64,000 bases of DNA from Raillietiella orientalis (lineage: Eukaryota). Positions 40,825-52,599 of this stretch are shown here, in pieces; positions within the stretch are counted from its first letter, which is position 1; the number at the start of each line of letters is the position of its first letter. Below the pieces are notes generated by a model. That model was not told where the DNA came from. It saw only the letters and a list, made by a program, of their open reading frames with translations, and did no database searches. Both the position numbers and the translations under genes were made by a program. The stretch lies in NCBI GenBank assembly GCA_036172245.1, contig JAYWIR010000018.1, positions 1,302,001 to 1,366,000 of the forward strand. The letters are read 5' to 3'.

Positions 40825-42939
40825 CACAGATGATCCTAGCAAAGTTTTCTCTGTGTTATCTGGAACGTCTGTTATCTTGAAACATATTTTAGATTCAGAA
40901 AGCATGATGAGATGATGGATATGCCAAATAAACATATCTGGTACATTTCTTAGTGTGTAGTTACAACTGAATACAAATGTTACACCTGGATTCAAAAACT
41001 TGACATTACTACAAATTAAGTAATGGATGACACCTAATGATCATTTCTGTGGTGGGATTGGGATGAAGAATGTCTTGATATATATGAAATCAGATACACA
41101 TGAAATTGTCAGTTTTCTTCACTTTGCCTTTTTATTTGTTTTCTGCTAAGATTAGGGTATGATGAAGGCTAGTGGATTGAGGAATGATATCATCAACTTC
41201 AGGGAACATATTACAATCATTACAGATTTAATCTTAATTATTCAAACTGTTCTCCACTTAAAATGGAAAGCCATACATTAGAAATGTGATCAGAGAAAAT
41301 GCCTTATAAAATGTGTAGATTTGGATATCTTCTGTCCGGAGCTTACCAGATCTTTATAAGGCTGTGTATTTATGCATTCCACTTGAAAACGGTGGGCGTC
41401 AATTAAAATCGGAAAGTGTTGAGTTTTTAGTGTTGCAATGTTATGAAAGATCAAAATTTGTGTTTCTGTCATTTTACAGCAAAGTATTGCATTAAAGTCA
41501 ATTTTTGCATCCAAGCAGCCCCTTGTTTTTCCAGACTTTTTGCTATTTGCGAAATTTCTTCATCCAAAAGAATCTTTTCAATTAAATCCTCAGCAACCAG
41601 TTAGGTGCTTGTATTCATATGTCTCATCTGCAAATAAGGTTTCGTTGATTTTCATTTTTATTTTATTACAAATCTTCACGATCTCGGTGTTTAATGTGAA
41701 GAGAATTGTGTGTTTTCATTTTTCCTGTTATATTTCCTACTGTAAAGCAATGGTGCTGTGAGACTTAAACGGTTTGAGTCCTCTGCATTGATAAGAGAGG
41801 GCGCTGCACGACATCGGAGAGAGATCTGTAGATGCGGGTAGCCGGTAACTCGGACAGAACCTGCTTGCACACTTGTGTGAGCCCCTATGGTTTGGGGTAA
41901 ACAAGGCCTCGAACTTTTCGAGCAGTTTCTTCAGCAAACATCACTTTCCTCGTAACATGGCCAATGAGTCGGGGATCAGTGATTTCAGGATCAGTGACTT
42001 TTCGAGCAATCCCTAGTCGAAATTTGGCAACTGCAAACTGAAGAGAGCTTCACTCATAATTGGTAATCGCATTGCCAATGTCGTATTTTGTTGGAGAAAT
42101 TTAGTTCAGAATAGACAAAAGAGAGCTCAGGGATCAGGCGATTTAGACCTGAAATACGGCAAAGTAAAATTAGGCTAGACGAGATATTGGCACCAGAAGA
42201 AACAGAGCTGTTTTCTGCTTAACGAAATAGAAGGTACCGAAAGGGGAAATGCTCTCATTTCTCCGGATTCTGCATAGTTGGAGAGATGAAAGCAGCAACA
42301 AGTTCTAATGCCGTTGCTGAATGCCAGCGAGGGTTCTCTTTTCGAAGGCTGACCATCGCAGGTAATCGCAAGACGTGCTCTTATCGGGGCTGGAAATGAA
42401 GGTTGAGAAAACTAGGAAGTGAGCAGAAGTAGGATGCAGGGCCTGGAGAAAAAAGAGATGAATCTAAATCAAACGAACAAAAGTTTTATTCTGCTTGTTG
42501 ATGGGGAAATTTGAGAACGTTCGGAAATTGGGAACTGAGAATTTCACAAAGGAAAAATGGAGGACCATTTTTGTTTTGCTTTGAAATTCCTTGAACCAAA
42601 ACTTTTGCAGGCGATGAGATCAGCAAAGTTTGCTGACTCTCAAGGCGTTTTCCCTTTTGAATTCCCGAGATAGTTATTTCTTTAAGTCCTTATATTTTGT
42701 TCCAATAGTGAACTGATGAGAAAATTTCAAGATGCATCTCTTAGTCGTCTCCTGAGACCGGATGGGAAAGTTCCTATTCGATGAAAGTTTCCATTCGATT
42801 CCATGTAGGTCAAACACAACCATCAAACTGCTAGACAGACGGTAGTAAGGGATCCGGGAAGAACTTGTAGGTCTTCCGTCTCCTCAACACTATTCTACAG
42901 CTTCGTGCTTTCGACAGTTTCCTCGAATCACGGCAGGTG

Positions 42940-44125
42940 TGCCCGCATTCGCGGCAGTGCGGCTACGGTCTCCTCCGCGCGCGGTACCAAGCGTTGCGGG
43001 TTCGAATCCCACCCGGGGGAAAGAATCGACACTGGAGAAATGGGTGCGCCGTGAGTTTCGAGTCCTCCCTGCAAAATGGCGTTGGTTGGCCTGTTCGGGT
43101 GCGGCACTGGTGCGTGTTCCCGCTGACCGACAGGGATTAGAAGTTGACTCCTCCAGGGCCCTTCCAGGAATCAAGGAGTCCTTCGGCATTTTCTTCCGAT
43201 TGTGCAAATGGAGCTCTTCCAGAACGGAGAGGTGCATCATGCATTGGCTTCTTCCTAAGTGGCTTTCGAAATTCGAGGTTCCTGCCGAGAGCCGAAGAGA
43301 GGGTGGGTGTATTCACACCAGCGTGGGTACGAGCATCAGCCTGGCCATTTCATCCCAGACATGTGACCGCCGCATGGTGTGTCGACACGGAACGGGGACG
43401 TCATTGCCCCTTCATATGCTTTTTTCAAAAATCTGGCACAGGGTGCGGGAACACGGAAACGTCCGCTCCCCATGGCGGATGCTTCCCGGCCGCCCGAAGA
43501 GAGCGTTCTTTTGTCTTAGTCTGAAGAATCTTCGAGAGCTGCAAGTCGTTACCAGGAATTCTTTTTATTTTTATTTTTTTCTCTATCCGTTTCCACGGAG
43601 AATTCCCCCTCCCCTCCCCTGCAAGATCCACATCTCCGCACACAAGATCCCTCCTTCCGGCTAGCTCTGAGACCCAGGGTGTGGGAACATGGAAACGTCC
43701 TATCGGAAGGAAGAGGAGGGAAGAGGAAGAAGGGGAAACAAGGAGCAGTTTCCTTGTGGATCCCCTCCGAAGCATAAATTCCTACTAGCGGATCCTTTCC
43801 GGGTTCCTTTGGAAAAGAAATATGGAGCGCACCCCTCCGGGGGTCCCTCTGGGAAGAATAAGGAAGAGGTTCCTCCCAACTGTATGGGAAACCGACTCCT
43901 TTCTCCGGAGTCTTCCTGGATTCATAGGGTGATTCCTTCCGGGATAGTCCCTAAATTGAAGAAGTACATGCACCATCGGATGATGTGGACAGTGTTTAAA
44001 GAGCTCTGTGAGTTCCCCCCAAGGGGGCGAACTGTTCTTGAGTGCTTAGCGAACCAAGGAAAAAAAAAAAAAACTTGGAAGGGGAAGCAGTGCAACAGAA
44101 AGGAACCCAAAAGGATTCCGTCATC
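42940..44125 (+). mobile_element. SINE-like repeat, copy C; about 43187-43725 is replaced by an unrelated LINE-like fragment
   Basis: B box GGTTCGAATCC at 42999-43009; head and 3' half are colinear with copy A; ends GGATTCCGTCATC. Confidence 0.75.
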
Positions 44126-46375
44126 GGCAACATCTCCTTTGCCCCAGTGCTGCCCTCTCTAAGGAATGCAGGGGACATTGTAATCCTAGCAAGGTGGGAA
44201 GTGACATGCTGCATGGCCTCAAAGACGAAACTTCTTGGAGGGTGGACAACTCGGGAAGTGACGGACGCTGCGACCCCGAGTGTCCCGCCCCACGGACTTG
44301 TACGCTGAGTAGAGCTGCTCGGCATCCCTCCGTAAAAGATGAAGTGCCTCCCCGGGTGCTGGAACAGTGGTGTCCTCCCCTCAATTGGCAGGAGTCGGCG
44401 TTGCTGGTGTTGCATGGGGGAGTCCCATAAAAAGCACGCCTTCACCGCCGGACACGGGGGAGTTTCCACCCGGTCATGCCGGGGCGTTTATTCCTAAACA
44501 CAGTATATTTGCGGTACTAGGCCCCACTGCGGCCAATAGTTCATGGGGTCTACCGGGAAGCCAGTACGCAAACCGGCTCGACACTCCTCGGCAGCGGAGG
44601 GAGATGGGGGAAAAAACAAAAAGAAAAACAAAGGAAACAAAAAAAAAGAGACACTTTGGAGGGCCCGGAAGGGATCACAATCCGCTGGAGGGAGGGTCCA
44701 TCCTTCCCAGGATGCCCTCGAGGTCCCTCTGCATAGCTCCCAGATGGGACCAGCCGATCGCGATTCGCAGGTAGCGACCCGCGTGTGCGATGAGATCCCT
44801 ATCGCTGCTTCCTCTGTTGGCTGCTCTCCACGCAGCCACAATCCTTCGGAGGCAGCAGAGCGCTGCCAGGGCTGAGGCTGGTTGCAGGGAGTCTCACAAC
44901 GTCTCTGGGAGGACTGCCGACCGGCATCCGGAGGGTCGTAGCAAAACGTTTTCACAAGGGCCGGAGGGCAGCGCAGTCCACGAACAGTTGGGGGCGGGAT
45001 TCCTCCTCCCTGCACACTGCACACTTCTGTCCCACGTTCCCTAACGTCCAGTGGTGGCGGCGCGCGTTGCAGAGAAGACCCCAGTGCAACAATAGCAGCG
45101 CCGCTTCCGGCCACTTGAGGGGGAGGGTGGATGCGTCTCTAAATAACGGGGGCCACTTTAGGTCATCCAGTGGGATGCCCAGCAGCTCGCCCCATCTCTG
45201 TAGTCGCAAAAGAACGCTCGGAGCCGCGGCGTCGGCCAGTTCCCTCATGGTCCAGCCGCTTAACATCTTCTCCCTGCCCGCTGTCCGGCAGGAGACTTGC
45301 CACCTGAGCATTCGCCTGCTGCCGAGCGCCCTTCTCAAAAAGGGCAGCGCCGTGGTCAGTGGGGTCGTCTCCGCCCACGTGCTTCTGGCGGGACACTCGA
45401 GCATCGCCCGCAGCGTGCAGCGTGTGTAGATGCCGGGACGCAGGCGGTTCCAGGATTCACCACTTGACTGATTCAGCTTCGTCCACATGCCAACTGCTTC
45501 TTCCAGCCATGTGCTGGAGTTGGCGGGGCTCCAGACTATCCAGCCATTCTCCTTGGCCAGGGTGGCCATGCGTCCGAGGAGAAGGCTTCATCTTCTTATT
45601 TTCCGGCCGGGGCACAGAAGAAAAGATGAGAGCCCTCCCGCTCTGGATACACGACTGGCGAGGAGGCGGGCCGAAGCGCACCAATAAGTGTTCCAGTACG
45701 TCGCTGCGATGGCCAAGGTTCGCCATCGCAGCTGATTTTCCATCCGCTATAGCGTCAGGGGGCCGAGACCGCCATCCCGACGCGGAGCGCACACAGGGGA
45801 GTGTGGACTCTAAGCGCGACAGATGCAGGAAGAAGGAGCCCCTCACGCACCTGCTGTTGGGCTGTGTTGCCCTGACCCTTTGAGATTGCCTCACGACGAT
45901 CCTAGGAACCCCGTCGGGTGGCCCCAGGGATATTTTCAGACGCCTCTTCGTGCGTTCTGCACTGTCTTTATCCGCGTCCCTGGCAGTTCTCTGCTGCGTT
46001 TGTCCGCGGAATCTTGGCAGCCTAAAACGTGAGAAGAAGAGTCAAGAATGGGAGGGACGCCATCCACTGGGCAATCTCAAGGCATCCACTGCCTCGAGAT
46101 GGCCCCACCTGGACTCACCTGGGGGAGACACGGACAGAACTTAGCCTTCTGAGTAGGATGCAGAAGACACAGGGTAGCGTACTATGATCCCTTCCTCGGT
46201 TCCCCCCTCTTCATCTATAGATTACCCTCCCTGTTTTGCTGAAGCAACTGAGGCGAACCTCGCCGGTCTGCGCACCGGTCCTCAGCAGGTTCATCGTGCG
46301 TGGCAGAAGCAACGGTTCTACCACGACATGTATTTTTATTACTCTAAGTAATAAATGCCCCGGCATAGCCGGTGA
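44126..46375 (+). mobile_element. 5'-truncated LINE 3' end (host copy; pieces 44126-44463 and 45791-46375)
   Basis: NWQESALLVLHGGVP..TRGS continues as TQGSVDSKRDRCRKKEPLTHLLLGC; AATAAA at 46350-46355 is followed by the hairpin CCGGC-ATA-GCCGG. Confidence 0.7.
44464..45790 (-). mobile_element. Antisense LINE 3' portion (about 1.3 kb) nested in the host copy
   Basis: WPEAALLLLHWGLLCNARRHHW..KCAVCREEESRPQLFVDC; flanked by ACAC[G/A]GGGGAGT at 44452-44463 and 45791-45802. Confidence 0.72.
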
Positions 46376-49300
46376 CAAGCATTCATTCATTCTGTGTACA
46401 TAACTAAGTTCTGGTTGGAGCATCCAAAAGGTACGGGGCGAGACGCAGAAAACCTTAGGGTGACGATCAGCACAGGTGGGTTCGGTTCAAAATTTCGAAC
46501 GGCCCCAAAATTCCCGCGAGCATCCGAGCGACACATTGTCGATCGCCACTTACAGCTTCGGGAGCGACGTCTTCGATAGCGTCGCTGAGGAAGCGACCTG
46601 CCTGACTCACTACACCAAGCACAGGGCCACCGCCAGTAGGGAGATGCCGACGGCAGTAGTCCCGCTGGCTCCCGAGGAACCCGTGCAAACACGCCGTTTC
46701 GGGGGGAGGGGATCGAAAGGGTAGAACCGAGTGCACGATTTCGACGTGAGAGTCGCGCACTTGCTGCTGCCCCTCCATTCCTCCCTTTCCTTCCATCGCC
46801 TCGCTTGGCCAAACGAACAGGCGACGAGGTGGATGTGCGCTGCATTCAAGAAATGAAGATTTCCAGAATGTGGATCTTCCAGATGCACGGATGGGCTCCA
46901 AGAACGGATGATGCTGCGGGGGTAGGGAGTCTTCAGACTTACCGCGATCCTTCTACTCGTGGTTCCTCCAGAAGGAGGGCTAATTGGCCAATTGGTTCGG
47001 GACTGCGCTTGCACAGTGCACGGAGGGCTTCCTTCAGCAAAATCAGTGCCCTCGCTGGGAAATTCTGAGCCTGTTTTCAAAATGTCCCACTAGGATGCTC
47101 CCTTTTTTTCCTTTTTATTTTTGTTTCTTTTTTTAAATCAGGTCAGGAATTCTGACTCTTCGTCCTGGTGGAGGGCGTCCCTTGGTATTCCGTAAAACCA
47201 TGAGTGAAGGTCTTCCTTGACTTCTTTGCTTTCTCCAGATTGACATTGGGAGAAGGATCTTTTTGGAATCGAATACGTACCTGGTAAACCTGATTAAGCG
47301 AACCCTTGCAGATGGCGCTCTCTAATCAACGCGGTCTCCTACCCAATGGCTACGGGGTGATCGTACCCGGCGACGAAGGTTTGAGACTTCGGTTCCGTAA
47401 TCCAGACGTCGCGTGCAGTGGACCAGAATGCACCCCACAGAGATTGTTAAATGAAGAAAGGACTGACAGGAAAGTGGGATGTTGAATCATTTTCACAGCA
47501 TCCTCCCTACCTCCTGGGGGGTTCTGCCCTCAGCAGGGGCTTCTGCGGCTCGCGATCGAAGATTGGCCTGCTTCTTCCGACCCGTACGTCGCGGGTTCGG
47601 AAAGGAACACCCCATTCGGTGTGTTCGATTCCCGGTTTCCTGACCGAAGTCTCGGTGCCAGCTCTCTGCCCCCGGCACCAAAAAGGGTACGGCGCTTCCG
47701 AGTTCCGAAGTCTCGCCTTCATGCTCCGCGTCAGCTCACCAGAGCTGCTCATTGAGGGGACCACGTTTCCAGGAGCCCCATGCGCGTCGAAGGTATCACC
47801 CCTTCTTGCGAGTAGACTTGGCAGCTCATCTTCCGCAGGAAAAAGTAGGTCCAGTGGATCCTCCGCCTTCATCTGATGGTAGAGGGCGCTGTGAACTTCC
47901 TCAGGAGACTGGTGTAGTATCGAGGCATCTCGAAGTATTGGAGTGTTTGATGGCGCATTGTTTGAAACGAATTCTTGAAGATGATTCATGGCGACGTTTT
48001 CCAGCTCCTTTTTCTCTGGAGAGACGCGGGAGGATTTGGAGAGCACCTTCGTCCCCTCTGTTCTTCTGTTCCTTCACTCGGCAGCCGCTCTTCTCACTGT
48101 TCTCGAAGCAGGAAGGGGTTCTCTGTCGTCCTGCTCCTCTCGTCAGGGGGAAGGGAAAAAGCAGGTGGCAACCTGCCTTAGCACGGGGCTCATGTCGTTC
48201 TGGCCACCACAAATGCCAACTGTTCCGCACCTTGGAGACTTCTCTCGGAGTATCCGAGGTGAGGAGATGCTACGGAGACTCTGTCGGAGGGTTTCTTGCG
48301 TGAATAGATCTCAAGATCTTTCGTAGATTGCATCGCGATTGGAGTCGGCTTCCTCTTCTAGGATTCTCTACGGACCGATCCCGTAGGCGCACACAGAAGG
48401 ATTATAAAATGGCCCCAGGTTTGTGTGTGCGCGTGAGAAGAGTGAGGGAGGTTTTTGTGCGCCTCCTGAATCTCGCTGGAGCCAGGTGTGATCTCTTCCT
48501 TCTATGAAGAAACATCTGGGCCCCATGATCACCACCCTTGTGAAGAGGAGCGTTGCCGTTGCCGTTTGCTCTCTAACACGCTGTTTCGACGACGCGAATG
48601 TCACCCACAACCAAGATTTTGGTGGCTGCTTCTCGTGAAGAGCCTCTTCTCAGCAAGTTTCTTGGTTTGTCCTTTGTTGCTAGGTGCCCTATGTCACTAG
48701 CTGCGTCCGCGCATCACCTCCTCCTCCGACCTTGCGCGGTTCGAGGGCATGCTCTTTCGACTGCCAGCCTGGTCTCTAGGCCAGATCTGGAATTCCAGAA
48801 AGGCATGCTTTTCCGGAGTGCTTGGCTCCAGGAGATCCGGGAAGCACTGGAGAGCACCTCAATTCCGAAGGTTCGCAGCCCTTTCAGTTCGTTCCTCTCC
48901 GTCTCACGAAGGGATGCCGGACTCGGCAACCTCACGATGAAGAAGACGGAGATACAGACCCGCTTCAAAATCACGGCCTTGATGACCGGAAATTGGATGT
49001 GGCAATTGGTGGCTGCCTGTGCTCTCTCGCGAGGGAACGGCGTCCTCGCTACCTAGCCACCGAGACCGGATGCATTCTCTCATTTTCCCATGAGACAGAT
49101 CGGATCCCTGTGGAAAGAACATCAGTGGATCTCCTGCCGCCCCTCAAACTGCAAAGCACGGAGACAGGAGGCAGTGAGGCTCCTGGATTCTCGCTGCAAG
49201 GACCGTTGTCGCCTTGATTCGTCTCATCCACAATCTGGAGGCTGTTTCCCCTCGTAGTGCGAGTAGGTAGGGCCACTACAAGACCAGAAGCCACGAAGGT

Positions 49301-50644
49301 TCGAGCACTGCCATTCTTTTATCCGCAGCGCTGTCCTTCCGGTGGAAGAGATACAGCAGTTACCAATCGGTTGGGTTTGTAGTGGGACTAACGAAAATCC
49401 TCAGCGATTGGTTGGTGGACCAGCTGGCCGATGTGGAGACACTCAGTGCCCGCATGGAAGAACTGCTCCTCTGAGCTGAGATCTTCGTTACCAGTATTCT
49501 TCTGGAACACTCCAACCTCGGTTGCTCTGCTCATACGTGGACTGCTCCGCGCTTCCTCTCCAGTGGCAGCAGAGAGCTGTGCTCTCCGTGAAGGCTGGGA
49601 TCGAATGCAGAGGTGCACACCAAGGACCTGTTGGCACAAGAGTCTAGGGTGTTCGACTTCATCGTGTTCCTCGATGACCACCTTGTTTTCAAGGGTGGGA
49701 CCACGAGGACGAACGCGGTCCACCTTGTCGTGTCATCCCAGGATCGAGATCGAGTTGAATGAATCTTCAAGCAAGCATCCAGGGGATGCCAGAAGTTTGG
49801 ATCGCCCGTCCGAAAACCCAGGAAGAACTCGGAGCGCCTCACCGTCAACGCATCAAGGGACTGGGACCCCGATTTAGATATTTCGTGCGTCTCTTCTGTG
49901 AGTGATATCCTCTGCATCTTCTGCCGAGGGTTTTGCCAAAGGGCAAGCTCACAGAGAGGCGTTCCTGCAAGGATGCACTGCAGGTTGTGAGTCGGGTGTC
50001 AGACATTTTGCGAGATGGCGCTGCCTCGGCGGAGAGGCGAAATTGGCCGTCGGAAGCGGTAGGCACTTTACGAACCCCATGAAGACCAAGTGCATGCCGC
50101 CTTCATGTGAGGGTTCCCTCCCGACCAGGACTGATGCCACAGGGCTCCTAGAGGCGACTACGCTCAGGTTTTCCGATAGCTCTCTGCCTTGATGGACCCT
50201 CGACAATTGACGAAATCGCTATCGCTACCGAGAAAAAGAGCAAGGCTGAAGAGCAAGGCATCCCCCAGGTGCGAGTTTTGCAAACTCATTGCACCCACAG
50301 TGCATGAATCAGCACTGTGGATCAGGGAGGTGAGCCATCCTTCAGGACTGGCAGGATTCGTCGTCTCCCACCCAAAAGAAAGGCACGCGCTGCCTGAGCA
50401 GCTGGCGTCGTCTCAACCCGCTCGAGAAACACGAGAGTCAAGGAAATGGGCTCCAAGACGCAAAGTGCGCGTGGATAGGGCCGTGTGCGGATTCGACGAC
50501 GTGCCCCGGAGGAGACCTATTCAGTGTCGGAGCGACTTGCTCTACGCCCATACTTGGGCCGGACTTCGGGAAGAAGAAGCCGTGGCTACTTCTGGGAAGA
50601 AGAGCGAGGTGCGCGCTGCCCGCCTTCGTCGGCCTCCAAAAGTC

Positions 50645-50890
50645 CGCATCAGAGGCCCTGTGGCTGCTGCGGTCTCCGCTCGTGGCTCCGCCAAGCGTCG
50701 CGAGTTCGAATACTCCGAAATGAATCGATGCAGTGAGTCGTGGGTTTGAGTGCCTCCCGCAAGATGACCGCAGCAGCCACAGGGCTGGCCTCGATTCATC
50801 CCGGGTGCAGCAGCTGTGGTGGTTGAAACCGGATACTCCCGATAAGTGGTCCGAATTGGGAGTCGACCCTCCGGGTCCTTCCGGGAAACA
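50645..50890 (+). mobile_element. SINE-like repeat, copy D (head only)
   Basis: GCTGCGGTCTCC..AAGCGTCGCGAGTTCGAATAC..GTGAGTCGTGGGTTTGA matches the head of copy A. Confidence 0.7.
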
Positions 50891-51039
50891 GAATCAAGCA
50901 GTGGGTAGTTGTGCAAAGGAGCGGACCCTCCCCTTCGGGGGCAACCCTCCGCGTCTCACTGATGGAGTAGGTGTGTCGCCACCTCTCCAGAGAGTGCAGA
51001 GAAGCGAGCTGATCCCTTCGGGGAAGCAGAACCTCTGGA

Positions 51040-51551
51040 TTATTTTCTCCAGAGGTATCCCTCCAGAAGCAGTCGCTCCTAATTTCTTCTCCGAAGGGGA
51101 CCCTGAAAGGATTTGCTCCTTAAATTTCTTCCCCGGAGGGAACTCTCAAGGGAACCGCTCCCTGTTTCCTCCCCTGAAGAGAACCACGAAGGGGGTCTCC
51201 AAGTTTCTCTGATGCGAGCGGCGCGATTCTTATGCTCTCGAGCGGCGGTCCCCCGAGGGAGGTACCAACCAGATCCATGGTACGGCCCCTCTTTTCACAA
51301 CCTCAGGGGAACCCCGAAGGATTACTTGATTCCTGGAAGGACCCTGGAGCAGTCCTGGCCAGTCAAAGGGAGCATCTGGCTTCCTCCAGTGCCACACCTG
51401 AATAAGTCAACCTGCATCATCCTGCGGGGGGGGGGGAATCGAAACCTACAACTCACCACCTCTCCTTCTCGGTGTCGATCCTTCCCCGAGCGGGATTCGA
51501 ACCCGCGACGTGTGATGCCGCGCGCGCAGAGACAGCAGCCGCACGGGCCGC
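51040..51551 (-). mobile_element. SINE-like repeat, copy E (antisense, 3'-truncated)
   Basis: Reverse-complement B box GGATTCGAACC at 51493-51503; GGAACCGCTCCCTGTTTCCTC is the reverse complement of the shared body motif. Confidence 0.8.
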
Positions 51552-52599
51552 TAGCGCGAACTGTGCAGCTGCAGTCTCTCAGGGTGCCATTCGGGGAAAA
51601 GGGGGGTGAGCATACTCAACAAGTGGTGTCAGCGGAGCAGTCCCTTCGCCCGAGGATGCAAACCAAGGGTGTCCACCAGCTTGCACGTCTTCCAGCCGCC
51701 AGCCAGCAGTCTGGTTGTTTCTGCAATATGCTCAGAAGAATTCTCACGCCGCCGGTCGGAATCTGTTGCTGCTTGCCCGGAGGGCAGGAAGTGCTGAGGC
51801 AAGGGGCCGAGCAGCCAAGTGGACCCGCATCGTCAAATCCTGCAGAGTCTCTTCCAATGGAAGGCTGCGAGAAGAACTCGGAAGAGACGAAGCACTTCCG
51901 GGCTGACTCCTGATGTGGGAGCCCAGGCCACCACTTCAAGCCTCCTGGCTCCAGGCATTCGAGTACACTAGGAGACAGGGGATCCAGAGGTAGACTTTTC
52001 GCAGAGAGGCAGATTGCCCCAGTGGGAAGTCACGTCTCCACACCCCGGATCGGTAATGCGGCAGCAGGTATCAAAGTTCGCTGCTGACGCGACGCTGGAG
52101 GCTGAGGGCGTGCGCAGGCGCGCACCACGGAGAGGTCCACAGTCTGGCACGTGGTGTCAGATCTCGGAACTGCACTTGCAGCCTGATCTTGCATCCTGGA
52201 GCGGCATCATCAAGTCCTTGAAACGGACTCGGGACCACCTGGCGCAATTCGGCACAGTGCTCGGAGCCCATCCGGATGGTCTTCTTTCTTGCGAAGGCTT
52301 ATGGGCTCGCAGCAAGCGCGCGATGGGCAGGAAGCAGAGCGAAGAAGACGCCCGTCGCCCATTTTTCGATCGCCGCGCGAGGGAAAGGCGCTGCGCCCCG
52401 AGGGGGCGCTGGCTCCCTAGGGACGCGGAGCGAACGATCCAGAGGAAGAGGCGCTGCCCAGCTTCCCTCTCATCGTCATCTCCATTCACTTCCCCCCCCA
52501 TCTTTGTACCTCGCATCCAGGGGAAAGGGACTTTGAGCGAAATCGGGAATCTTCCCTTTCCCTTGCGAGAGCGCTTGGCCACTCCCTGCTCCTTCTTCT

